A DNA stretch of 44,571 nt, from assembly GCA_963925585.1 (NCBI GenBank), contig CAWUTW010000034.1, positions 1 to 44,571 of the forward strand. The letters run 5' to 3'. Every line of letters starts with the position of its first letter. Position 1 is the first letter of the stretch. This document shows positions 1 to 9,287 of the stretch, one piece after another. Both the position numbers and the translations under genes were made by a program. The DNA is from an uncultured Polynucleobacter sp. GTDB taxonomy: Bacteria > Pseudomonadota > Gammaproteobacteria > Burkholderiales > Burkholderiaceae. Below the pieces are notes generated by a model that was not told where the DNA came from, did no database searches, and saw nothing but the letters and a program-made list of their open reading frames with translations.

Positions 1-1011
<1,011 letters not shown>

Positions 1012-1165
1012 AATCACTGTGAACCTTGCGGTTCGTCGCACTCATATTAGAAATTGACTTGGTTTTACAACCAAATCTTTTTACTGACATTGAGTACTGT
1101 TTATTTACATCTGTCCCGAAGGACTGGATGCGTTCACTCAGTACCCACAATTATCGATTGACTAT

Positions 1166-1179
1166 TTTTTAAAGAGGGC
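1166..1179 (-). promoter_or_regulatory. rrn leader boxA-like antitermination element
   Basis: The minus strand reads GCCCTCTTTAAAAA, similar to boxA TGCTCTTTAACA, and lies between the rrn promoter and the 16S start. Confidence 0.7.
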
Positions 1180-1215
1180 TGAACGCTAAAAAAAACGTAT
1201 CAGCAGAGAGGTGAG

Positions 1216-1244
1216 ACTATGCCATGACTGTAGGGGGCTGTCAA
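1216..1244 (-). promoter_or_regulatory. sigma70 promoter of the rRNA operon
   Basis: Minus strand TTGACA (1239-1244), 17 bp spacer, CATAGT (1216-1221), with AT-rich sequence further upstream. Confidence 0.8.
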
Positions 1245-1310
1245 CACCTTTCGTAGTCTTTTTCCTAGTATTTAGGTGTTTTTTTGAGGGTTTATAAAAA
1301 TTCGTATACA

Positions 1311-1323
1311 AATCAATAAGTTA
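1311..1323 (+). promoter_or_regulatory. IHF consensus site in the rrn/GNAT divergent intergenic region
   Basis: AATCAATAAGTTA matches WATCAANNNNTTR exactly. Confidence 0.45.
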
Positions 1324-1379
1324 AGAAAAGCTGATTTTCTGCCCCATTTAAAAAAATAGCCATTATTTTGTGCCGAGCC

Positions 1380-1407
1380 AATTAATTAGGGAAAACCCTG
1401 ATTAATT
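1380..1407. promoter_or_regulatory. 28-bp imperfect palindrome, putative transcription-factor operator
   Basis: AATTAATTAGGG-AAAA-CCCTGATTAATT; the arms match at 11 of 12 positions; it sits just upstream of the GNAT -10 element. Confidence 0.5.
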
Positions 1408-1432
1408 CCAGTCTTTCTGCTAGAGTGGTTCG

Positions 1433-2083
1433 ATGATCAAGCCTATATTTGTTAAGGTCTTTACTGGTGGGCAAGCAGCCAATCGGCCTCCGCTGGTCCG
1501 GGAGCTGGATGACAGCCATCGGCCGGCCGTACTGGGGCATTTTTTGACCCTAGGGACCGACGATCGGCGCCTGCGCTTCGGTTCGCCCACATCGGATGTG
1601 GTCATAGCGCGCTATGTGGCGAATCTGAATTTCAGCCGCGATGCGCTGTTTGGTGTTTTTAATGACGCACTGGATCTCGTCGGCATTGCGCATCTTGCTT
1701 ATGTACCGCTTGCTAAGGACTGCCCACGCTCTGCCGAATTTGGAGTCTCTGTGTTGCAGCATAGCCGCCATCGCGGTCTTGGCGCTGCACTCTTAGCGCG
1801 AACTGCTGTCCACGCACGCAATACGCACATCGATACTTTATTTGTACATTGCTTGGCGAAAAACAAGGCGATGATGCACTTAGCGCAAAAGCTCGGCATG
1901 CATGTGAAATTTGCCTACGGCGATGCGGATGCGTATTTAATTTTGCCGCCAGCGAATGCGCAAAGTATTTTGCATGAAGCATCGCAAGAGCAAATGGCCG
2001 ACCTCGATTACGCACTCAAGGCGAACCTAAAACAATTCAAACAAATTTGGCGTTGGTTTTTCGGAATGCAAAGCCAGCCATAA
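1433..2083 (+). CDS. GNAT-family N-acetyltransferase
   Basis: 216 aa; AEFGVSV...RHRGLGAALL acetyl-CoA binding motif A; CLAKNKAMMHLAQKLG motif B; N-terminal DRRLRFG as in Pat-type GNAT domains. Confidence 0.85.
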   Translation: MIKPIFVKVFTGGQAANRPPLVRELDDSHRPAVLGHFLTLGTDDRRLRFGSPTSDVVIARYVANLNFSRDALFGVFNDALDLVGIAHLAYVPLAKDCPRSAEFGVSVLQHSRHRGLGAALLARTAVHARNTHIDTLFVHCLAKNKAMMHLAQKLGMHVKFAYGDADAYLILPPANAQSILHEASQEQMADLDYALKANLKQFKQIWRWFFGMQSQP

Positions 2084-2109
2084 AAAATGCCCGTGCCTGC
2101 ATGGGCATT
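2082..2109 (-). terminator. Rho-independent terminator between the convergent GNAT and BON genes
   Basis: Minus strand AATGCCCATG-CAGG-CACGGGCATT followed by a T run. Confidence 0.7.
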
Positions 2110-2132
2110 CGATTTACTAAACTGCGTTCGGC

Positions 2133-2774
2133 TTAATTGTTCACATTGGTATTCGGTTGTGATGTATCTGCTTTTCCTTGTTGCTCAAGGCGCGTTTTTT
2201 CTGCATCCGAAATGATGTCAAAAAATATGAACACTTGTTTCACGCCACTGGTATTACTTGCCACTTTTTTAGCGCGCTCTGCTTCTGCTTTTGTCAAAAT
2301 GCCCATCAAATAAACATTGCTTGCCTCGACCACAATATTCATGGAGTTGGATGGAAGCTCGTTCGTAAAAATCATTTGTGTTTTGATGCGCGACGCAAGA
2401 TACGTATCGTTCGCACGTGCAGTAAATGAACTATTCGGCCCAATGACAATTTCATTAAAAACGGATCGTACATTTTTAAGTTCTTTTACGTACGCGCCCG
2501 CGCCACCTTTGATATCGGCGTTTTTTGCTTCGCCCGTCAACAGGACCTTTTGGTTAAATGATGTTACCGCAATGTGTGCATTATCGCCATAGCGCTTGAC
2601 GAGCTGGTTGCCTGCCTCCAGCTGAATTCCAAGATCGATTGCTTGTACCCCAGGCGACCTGCGATCAGCAAGAATGGTAGTGGTTCCGGTCACGGCGCCG
2701 ACCGCTAAAATTCCGCACCCGCTTAGGAGCGTTGCTGCCAGGAACCCAAGGGACCACCTCATCAAACGCGTCAT
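2133..2774 (-). CDS. dolP: Dual BON-domain lipoprotein (DolP/YraP-like)
   Basis: Lipobox LLSGC, DRRS motif, two BON repeats (VLLTGE; VYLMG...SGVKQV), located downstream of gmhA as in the yraN-diaA/gmhA-dolP cluster. Confidence 0.85.
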   Translation of the reverse strand: MTRLMRWSLGFLAATLLSGCGILAVGAVTGTTTILADRRSPGVQAIDLGIQLEAGNQLVKRYGDNAHIAVTSFNQKVLLTGEAKNADIKGGAGAYVKELKNVRSVFNEIVIGPNSSFTARANDTYLASRIKTQMIFTNELPSNSMNIVVEASNVYLMGILTKAEAERAKKVASNTSGVKQVFIFFDIISDAEKTRLEQQGKADTSQPNTNVNN

Positions 2775-2786
2775 GTGATTTCCTTT

Positions 2787-3389
2787 TTAATCTAAGAGTA
2801 GATGATCAACACCATCGCACAGGCTGTGCAATAAAACTAAATGCGTTTCTTGAATGCGCGCGGTGCGAGTAGAGGGGGCGCACAAATTAATGTCGTGCTC
2901 TCCTAAAAGTCCTGCTATTTTTCCGCCGCCATTACCGGTAAGCGCAATGACATGCATGCCGATTTTCTTTGCAGCCTCAATGGCTGCAACAACATTTTTT
3001 GAATTTCCTGAGGTCGAGATCGCCAGTAAGATGTCGCCTTTTTTTCCAAGACCGCGCACCTGTTTGCTAAAAATTTCATCGTAGTGATAGTCATTGGCGA
3101 TTGCCGTCAAAATCGACGAATCTGTAGTGAGCGCTATCGCTGCCAGCTCCCTTCGCTCTCGCTCAAAGCGACCCACCAATTCTGCTGCAAAATGCTGTGC
3201 ATCTGCTGCAGAGCCGCCGTTACCACAAGCCAATATTTTTCCGTCCGACTCTAGGCAATGTGCCATGGCCACAACGCCTTTGGCAACATGCTCTGGCAAC
3301 AACTTTAGCGCCTCTTGCTTTACCGCAATACTCTCTACAAAATGTGCGGACGCACGCTCGCTTAGCCGATTCAGTGTTTTTGTATCCAT
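2787..3389 (-). CDS. gmhA: Phosphoheptose isomerase (SIS domain, GmhA/DiaA family); likely start ATG 3389 (MDTK)
   Basis: [23 protein letters not shown] and RIQE..H motifs. The Glu of HFAAE is retained as in GmhA. Confidence 0.9.
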   Translation of the reverse strand: MDTKTLNRLSERASAHFVESIAVKQEALKLLPEHVAKGVVAMAHCLESDGKILACGNGGSAADAQHFAAELVGRFERERRELAAIALTTDSSILTAIANDYHYDEIFSKQVRGLGKKGDILLAISTSGNSKNVVAAIEAAKKIGMHVIALTGNGGGKIAGLLGEHDINLCAPSTRTARIQETHLVLLHSLCDGVDHLLLD

Positions 3390-3491
3390 TGCAATATTAT
3401 GCGCCAAACAGGGGTTCTAATCCGCTTTGTGGCGGCCCAGCGCACTATGAATTACTCGTACCTGCTGGCTTTTTTCTGCATAATCAATCCC

Positions 3492-4397
3492 ATGGTTATT
3501 ACTCACACGCCCAATACGTGGTCGACTGATTTTCTGAATCAGCAAAACTTCCCAGCAGCTACTCTGTATATGGTCGCAACCCCAATTGGCAACTTAGGCG
3601 ATATCACCTTGCGTGCGCTGCATGTGCTCAATGCTGTTGATGGAATTGCTTGCGAGGATACGCGCCACAGTGCGCCCATGCTGAATCACTTTGGCATCCA
3701 TAAAAAACGCTTGGCACTGCATGCCCATAACGAGGCATCTGCATCCGACGCCTTAATTGGGAGCCTGCAACAGGGCGAGCGCTGGGCCTATATATCAGAC
3801 GCGGGTACGCCGAGCGTATCCGACCCAGGGGCCCGCCTCGCCGCTGCTGTTGGCCTGGCTGGTTTTCGGGTTGTACCCATACCGGGGGCAAGTGCAGTTT
3901 CTTGCGCCGTATCGGTAGGGGGTTCGGTACTTCTCCCTTCAGATGGGCAGTTTCAGTTTCTCGGCTTTTGGCCACATAAATTGCGTGATCAGGAAGAGTG
4001 GCTACGGCAGATTGCCCTTTGCAGCAAGGCGTCGGTCTTTTTTGAGTCCCCGCATCAAATTGCAAATACCTTACTGAAGTTGGCGACACGCCTTGACGAT
4101 AGCAGAATCGTGATGGTGGGACGGGAGCTGACTAAAAAATTTGAGCAAGTAGTCCACCTCAGGCCCAGTCAGATCTCCAACTGGTTGAGCAGTGCCGAGA
4201 GCCTAAAAGGTGAATTCATTGTGGTGGTTTCGGCTGCTGAACAAAATACCAGCACGCCAGCCAATCACGCCGAAATACTGCGATGGGTGGCGGTTCTGAA
4301 GCCCTTCATGGGCAGCAAAGAGCTGGCGAATGTCATCTCTACTATTACTGGAATATCGAAAAAAGAGGCCTATCAGCTGGCGCTAGAGGGCAAATAA
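3492..4397 (+). CDS. rsmI: 16S rRNA C1402 2'-O-methyltransferase; likely start ATG 3492 (ORF track extends it to 3399)
   Basis: LYMVATPIGNLGDITLRA, CEDTR, SDAGTPSVSDPG, RELTKKFE and KGEF motifs. Confidence 0.95.
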   Translation: MVITHTPNTWSTDFLNQQNFPAATLYMVATPIGNLGDITLRALHVLNAVDGIACEDTRHSAPMLNHFGIHKKRLALHAHNEASASDALIGSLQQGERWAYISDAGTPSVSDPGARLAAAVGLAGFRVVPIPGASAVSCAVSVGGSVLLPSDGQFQFLGFWPHKLRDQEEWLRQIALCSKASVFFESPHQIANTLLKLATRLDDSRIVMVGRELTKKFEQVVHLRPSQISNWLSSAESLKGEFIVVVSAAEQNTSTPANHAEILRWVAVLKPFMGSKELANVISTITGISKKEAYQLALEGK

Positions 4398-4420
4398 AAA
4401 AGCCGGCAATGACGCCGGCC
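4395..4420 (-). terminator. Rho-independent terminator between rsmI and cytochrome c5
   Basis: Stem GCCGGC-N6-GCCGGC (4402-4419) with a T6 tail on the minus strand. Confidence 0.7.
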
Positions 4421-4437
4421 TCTTCATTTATAGCTGC

Positions 4438-4965
4438 TTATTTTGTGGCAGCCTCGGCTGGAGCAGCAGCCGGCGCTTTGGGATCTGGAAATTTACCGCC
4501 TGCAGAGCCAGTCAAATAAACCACTGATAAGCCGAGCTCATGGTCGCTGATGTCAGCAGGATTTGCGCCGCCGCGCGCTGGCATTGCACCCTTGCCTTTA
4601 ATCACCGACGTTAAAAGCGCATCGTAGCCTTTGCCCAACCTGCCAGACCAGTCCCCAGCGTTGTTAAAACGGGGGGCGCCAGCGGCGCCATTGGCGTGAC
4701 AAGAGGCACATGCCGTTTTATAAACTGCTGCGCCTGTCTTCATTTCCCGGGGGGCGTTTGCATCGCGAAAATCGAGCTGGGCCACCGGCTTGATGAGCTG
4801 ATTGGCTGATTTGGAGGCCTCTTCGGCATCTCCGCCGGTTCGCTTGCCGTTATCAACATAAACCATTAACAACAAAATCACTATTAACGGTACAAAAAAG
4901 CTGGCAAACACCATGATAATAAGTTGTTTGGGCGATTTAATCAGACTGCCGTGGTCGTTGCTCAT
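4438..4965 (-). CDS. Membrane-anchored cytochrome c5
   Basis: N-terminal TM helix, one CASCH heme motif, GAAGAP..G...W and KGAMPARGG (axial Met). Confidence 0.9.
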   Translation of the reverse strand: MSNDHGSLIKSPKQLIIMVFASFFVPLIVILLLMVYVDNGKRTGGDAEEASKSANQLIKPVAQLDFRDANAPREMKTGAAVYKTACASCHANGAAGAPRFNNAGDWSGRLGKGYDALLTSVIKGKGAMPARGGANPADISDHELGLSVVYLTGSAGGKFPDPKAPAAAPAEAATK

Positions 4966-5072
4966 GTTGGGGTGAACTTATCGGTTTGGGGGTTAAAAAA
5001 TAGACTCTTACGATTATAGCGAGTGGTTTTTGATGCAGCCACTTACAATAGGGGCAAGTTTCCACAATCTTG

Positions 5073-5148
5073 GCGCCCGTAGCTCAGTGGATAGAGTATT
5101 GGCCTCCGAAGCCAAGGGTCGCAGGTTCGATTCCTGCCGGGCGCACCA
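5073..5148 (+). tRNA. tRNA-Arg (anticodon CCG)
   Basis: 76 nt; acceptor stem GCGCCCG/CGGGCGC, D arm AGCTCAGTGGATAGAGT, anticodon arm TTGGC-CTCCGAA-GCCAA, GGTTCGATTCC T loop, encoded CCA. Confidence 0.98.
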
Positions 5149-5230
5149 GCAAAACCGGGGTTTTGGTTCAGCGCATGCAGAATATTGTGAAAACCTCTAT
5201 TATTCATGGAATTAATTACTGGTAAATACT

Positions 5231-6373
5231 GTGTCTACTCATCTAAACTCAACGCTCACTGATCCGTCGATCGTTGCGCCATTAGCGCCAACGGAACCCT
5301 TGCCACACCGCAAAATCATTCGGAGCTGGCTGATTCCTATGGCAGAAGGCCAAACCGGCAGGGCATTGTTGCTCCTGTTTATCGATGCTGCCCTCTGGCT
5401 TGGAGCGATTGCAGCCACCATATTTGTTGAAAGCATCATCCTCAAGATCGTATTTGGCGCAATCGCTGGCTTTGTTACCGGCCGCATCTTCATCTTAGGG
5501 CACGATGCCTGCCATCAGAGCTTTACGCCAAACCGTGAGCTCAATAAAGTATTGGGCCGCATTGCCTTTTTACCTTCACTCACACCTTACAGCCTGTGGG
5601 ATGTTGGCCACAACGTCGTTCACCATGGACAAACCAATTTAAAAGGCTTTGATTTCGTGTGGGAACCGCTCTCGAAAGCGGAGTTCGATGCCCTGCCAGC
5701 TTGGCGCAAAAGCCTTGAGCGCCTTTACCGCAGCGGCTGGGGGCCGGTCTTTTATTACTTAATCGAGATTTGGTGGAGACGAGAGTACTTCCCGAATGCC
5801 CAGAATAAGCCGGGTGATCGCCCCGTTTTCCTCAAAGACAATCTTCTAGTTACCGGCTTTGCGACTGTCTGGATTGCTTGCCTGATCGCTGGAGCCTTAG
5901 CAACTGGTCAGTCGGTTTGGATTGGTCTTTTAACTGGGTTTGTGCTGCCATTCTTGTTTTGGAACGGCATGATCGGTTTCGTTGTCTACGTGCACCATAC
6001 CCACCCTTCAGTCTCTTGGTATGACAAAAAGTCGGAATGGCTTCGGGCGCAGCCCTTTGTGTCAACCACGGTTCACCTGACGTTTGGCTTTTACTGGGGC
6101 GCCTTAATGCACCATATCATGGAGCACACCGCCCACCACGTCGATATGAGCGTCCCCCTATATCGCCTCCAAGAGGCCCAAAACACCCTTGAAACACTGC
6201 TGCCAGAGCGTATTTTCATTCAAAAATTCTCTTGGAAGTGGTATTTCGATACCGCCCGCACATGCAAGTTGTATGACTTTGAGAACAAGGCTTGGCTGGA
6301 CTTTGATGGCAATAAAACAGCGGATTCAGTGCGCGTGATGTTGACCCCTGCTCCCGTAGGGCAAACAGGGTAA
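5231..6373 (+). CDS. Membrane fatty-acid desaturase (delta12/omega-6-like)
   Basis: His boxes HDACH, HNVVHH, HHTHP and HTAHH, TM segments, and the VPLYRL motif after the last box. Confidence 0.9.
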   Translation: MSTHLNSTLTDPSIVAPLAPTEPLPHRKIIRSWLIPMAEGQTGRALLLLFIDAALWLGAIAATIFVESIILKIVFGAIAGFVTGRIFILGHDACHQSFTPNRELNKVLGRIAFLPSLTPYSLWDVGHNVVHHGQTNLKGFDFVWEPLSKAEFDALPAWRKSLERLYRSGWGPVFYYLIEIWWRREYFPNAQNKPGDRPVFLKDNLLVTGFATVWIACLIAGALATGQSVWIGLLTGFVLPFLFWNGMIGFVVYVHHTHPSVSWYDKKSEWLRAQPFVSTTVHLTFGFYWGALMHHIMEHTAHHVDMSVPLYRLQEAQNTLETLLPERIFIQKFSWKWYFDTARTCKLYDFENKAWLDFDGNKTADSVRVMLTPAPVGQTG

Positions 6374-6409
6374 AATAGAGTTTTAGTAGATTAGTTGGCC
6401 AGCTTACTC

Positions 6410-6595
6410 ATGACTACCACCGCACCTGAATCAACGCAAGATACATCCCAGAGCTTAAAGTTTTGCTCTTCTTGCAGTCGAGAAAAGCGCCTCGAAGGCG
6501 GAACCTGGATTCCAACGAGCAATCGAAAGCAACGTTGGATTTGCGCAAGCTGTTTATATAATCGCACCCACCGCACAGGTTCAGCTAAAACCTAA
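6410..6595 (+). CDS. Small hypothetical protein with two CxxC motifs (zinc-ribbon/rubredoxin-like); ATG 6410, alternative TTG 6395
   Basis: FCSSC...EGG...RWICASC; fills the gap between two same-strand genes. Confidence 0.65.
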   Translation: MTTTAPESTQDTSQSLKFCSSCSREKRLEGGTWIPTSNRKQRWICASCLYNRTHRTGSAKT

Positions 6596-6704
6596 GTTTT
6601 TTTCGGTTTTCTGAGTGCCGCAATGGCGTGCTTTGATCGAAATCCATCCTTCCCCTTTTTTATAAAATGCAGCCTGCACTTTTACAAAGCGGGCAATCAA
6701 TCAC

Positions 6705-7097
6705 ATGAACAGCACAAAATCCAATTACCTTTTTGCCGACACCCATGAGTGGGCAGACCTTCAGTCCGATGGCGTAGTCTGGGTTGGCATTAGTGATTAC
6801 GCTCAAATCGCATTGGGTGACGTTGTTTTTTTAGAGACACCTACTGTTGGTAGCGTCGTTGAGCAAGGCAAGGCATGCGCTGTCATTGAATCAGTAAAAG
6901 CAGCCAGTGATATTCATGCTCCAGTATCGGGAACCGTGGTTGCAGTCAACTCGGCCGCTATTGATGCTCCTGAATCGATTAATCTGGATCCCTATGGAAC
7001 CTGGCTTTTTAAAATCCAAGCCCTTAGTGCTGAATCACAAACACAAGAACTTGTGCGCCTTCATCCCCTTGCGCAATATGAATCCACATTAAATTAA
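6705..7097 (+). CDS. gcvH: Glycine cleavage system H protein (lipoyl carrier), with no adjacent gcvT or gcvP
   Basis: THEW, VGISDYAQIALGDVVF, IESVKAASDI (lipoyl-Lys), APVSG and DPYGTWLFKI motifs. Confidence 0.95.
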   Translation: MNSTKSNYLFADTHEWADLQSDGVVWVGISDYAQIALGDVVFLETPTVGSVVEQGKACAVIESVKAASDIHAPVSGTVVAVNSAAIDAPESINLDPYGTWLFKIQALSAESQTQELVRLHPLAQYESTLN

Positions 7098-9287
7098 GAG
7101 TGGGTCGCGCTCAATTAACCAGCGCACTCGGCTACCAACGCTGATTCGACCCTGCGACAATCCGCGCATCACCTGATCGAGCTGCGTTAATGCATGCTGT
7201 AGATTTTTACGGCTATCGCTCTCAATTACAAGCTGGGCTCTTTCCATACTGCTAACACGCACAATGGTTTTTGGGACAGGATCATACATCCGAACTCCAT
7301 CTGGAAAATTCGGCTCATTGCGTACTGTTTCTTTGATGTCCGTCAGAAACTGAATTGCAGTGCTAATGTTTTTTGCTTCCGCATGTATTAGCGCCTGGTA
7401 ACTATAAGGCGGTAACAAGGCGTCTTTGCGTTCAGTCGCAATATGCCCTAAAAATCCATCGACGTCGTGCCCTAATACATGACGAAAAACGGGCAGATCG
7501 GGATAGCGTGTTTCGATGCAGATCTCCCCTGCGTCTTGCTGATCTTGGCTAGCGCGCCCAGCGCGCCCAGCAACCTGCACGAGCTGCGCAAATAAACGCT
7601 CAGCTGCTCTATAGTCCTGTGAGAATAGCCTGCTATCAGCATCAATCACAACAACGAGGCCGATGTTTTGATAATCATGGCCCTTAGCAATCATCTGCGT
7701 GCCGACAATGATGTCGGCAGTGCCATCGTGTATTTGTTCAAACAAGCTTTCAGCGTGAAGGCTTTTTTTGCTGCTGTCTGCATCGATCCGAAGGACTTTT
7801 GCTTCCGGCCAGTGTGACTGTATGTAGTCCTCCATCTTTTGGGTACCTTGCCCAATGGTGCTGAGTTCTGCATTGCCACATTCTGGACAAAATGGCGGGA
7901 CCTCTTTTATTAATCCACAGTGGTGGCAGTTTAATACTGCTTTTTTACCGAGGATGCTGGACTTATGCATCACCATATATGAGGAGCATTTGTTACACCC
8001 GGATAACCAGCCGCATGCAGTACAACTCAGTATGGGCGCATAACCGCGACGATTGATTAATACAAGGCTTTGCTTTTTCTGCAGCATGTTGCGCGTAATA
8101 GCATCACGCACCTCGGGCGATATAAGATCTGCCTCACCCTGCGCAGTGCGCGCAGCTGTCTTTGGCAAGCGTACGAGTTTTACTTTGGGCATGGCCGTAC
8201 TCAATGCGCGTGCATCAAGCCGAATGCGCTCATATCTTCCATCTTCCGCAGCAAGCCAAGTTTCTAAGGATGGTGTTGCAGATGCCAAGACGATCGGTAT
8301 TGATAATTGATGGGCTCGCCAAACACACAGATCTCTAGCGGAGTAGCGCGCTCCATCCTGCTGCTTATAGGATGCGTCATGCTCTTCATCCACCACGATT
8401 GCTTTCAAATTGGGGATTGCTGCAAGTGCAGCTAAACGCGTACCTAAAATAATCTGGGCCTTACCTAGAATGGTTTCTTGCCAAGCAATTCCACGCCGCT
8501 TTTCAGACAAACCACTGTGCATGACAGCAATGCGTTTTTCTGGAAAAAATTCCGCCACGCGTTTTTCAAGTTGCGGCGTCAGATTAATCTCAGGAACCAA
8601 TATCAAAGCCTGAGCATTGTCGCTTTGCAACACCGCTTTAATCCAGTTCAGGTAAACGGCGGTTTTTCCGGAGCCTGTCTTGCCTTGCAATACGATGGTG
8701 CGGTAGGTTGCTACGCCACTGGCATCGCCAATTAAATGCTTCAGCGCGCTCACTTGTTCTAGATTGAGCTGGTCTTTTTGAATCCCTGAAAGGGGGGCAG
8801 GTTCATTTTGCCCCGGTTGAGGCGCCTCTTTCTTCTTGCTGGTTTTTTTTCCAGACTTTGTCTTTGTATCCCGCGATTGTTGCTCGAGCGCTTGCCATTT
8901 CTTTGGCTTTTTCCAATACACCGGTACCGATGGCAAGACAATTTCACCTAAGGTGCTGAAGTAATACTGGCTAGCAAAGTTGAGCATATGCAAGGTCTTG
9001 CTATCCAGTGGGGGCAAGGGTGCCCGCTGATGAACCTTCTTTAATTTAGAATGTTCATAATCTGAGTGATTACTCACTTTTATTACTATACCCACTGTAT
9101 TTACTCTGCCAAAGGGTACTTCTACCAATTGGCCTGGCTCGGGCGTATCGCCCAATGTAGCGCGATCCCAGATGTAATCAAACCCTTGAGCCAGCGGTTT
9201 ATCGAGCACGACCTGTACATAGCAATGCTGTGATGCGGCAGCGCTATGGCTCTGCCGTTCTTCTGTGGATAAGTCTGTGGATATCAT
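7089..9287 (-). CDS. priA: Primosomal protein N' (replication restart helicase)
   Basis: VEVPFG 3'-binding domain, Walker A GKTGSGKT, VPEINLTPQ, DEEHDASYKQ, four CxxC pairs, GTQMIAKGHD and QVAGRAGR. Confidence 0.97.
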   Translation of the reverse strand: MISTDLSTEERQSHSAAASQHCYVQVVLDKPLAQGFDYIWDRATLGDTPEPGQLVEVPFGRVNTVGIVIKVSNHSDYEHSKLKKVHQRAPLPPLDSKTLHMLNFASQYYFSTLGEIVLPSVPVYWKKPKKWQALEQQSRDTKTKSGKKTSKKKEAPQPGQNEPAPLSGIQKDQLNLEQVSALKHLIGDASGVATYRTIVLQGKTGSGKTAVYLNWIKAVLQSDNAQALILVPEINLTPQLEKRVAEFFPEKRIAVMHSGLSEKRRGIAWQETILGKAQIILGTRLAALAAIPNLKAIVVDEEHDASYKQQDGARYSARDLCVWRAHQLSIPIVLASATPSLETWLAAEDGRYERIRLDARALSTAMPKVKLVRLPKTAARTAQGEADLISPEVRDAITRNMLQKKQSLVLINRRGYAPILSCTACGWLSGCNKCSSYMVMHKSSILGKKAVLNCHHCGLIKEVPPFCPECGNAELSTIGQGTQKMEDYIQSHWPEAKVLRIDADSSKKSLHAESLFEQIHDGTADIIVGTQMIAKGHDYQNIGLVVVIDADSRLFSQDYRAAERLFAQLVQVAGRAGRASQDQQDAGEICIETRYPDLPVFRHVLGHDVDGFLGHIATERKDALLPPYSYQALIHAEAKNISTAIQFLTDIKETVRNEPNFPDGVRMYDPVPKTIVRVSSMERAQLVIESDSRKNLQHALTQLDQVMRGLSQGRISVGSRVRWLIERDPLLI

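Noticed and set aside
1090-1150. Hairpins upstream of 16S, including a C(UUCG)G tetraloop stem, as a separate ncRNA
   Set aside because: They are explained as ordinary pre-rRNA leader structure.
2787-3389. DiaA (DnaA initiator-associating protein) call for the SIS-domain gene
   Set aside because: It retains the GGSAAD and HFAAE residues typical of catalytic GmhA; DiaA differs at these positions.
5030-5215. 61-aa ORF
   Set aside because: It overlaps the tRNA-Arg gene and has no protein features.
5073-7097. Possible genomic island integrated at tRNA-Arg
   Set aside because: No integrase, no duplicated tRNA 3' end (att site) seen, and no obvious compositional shift.
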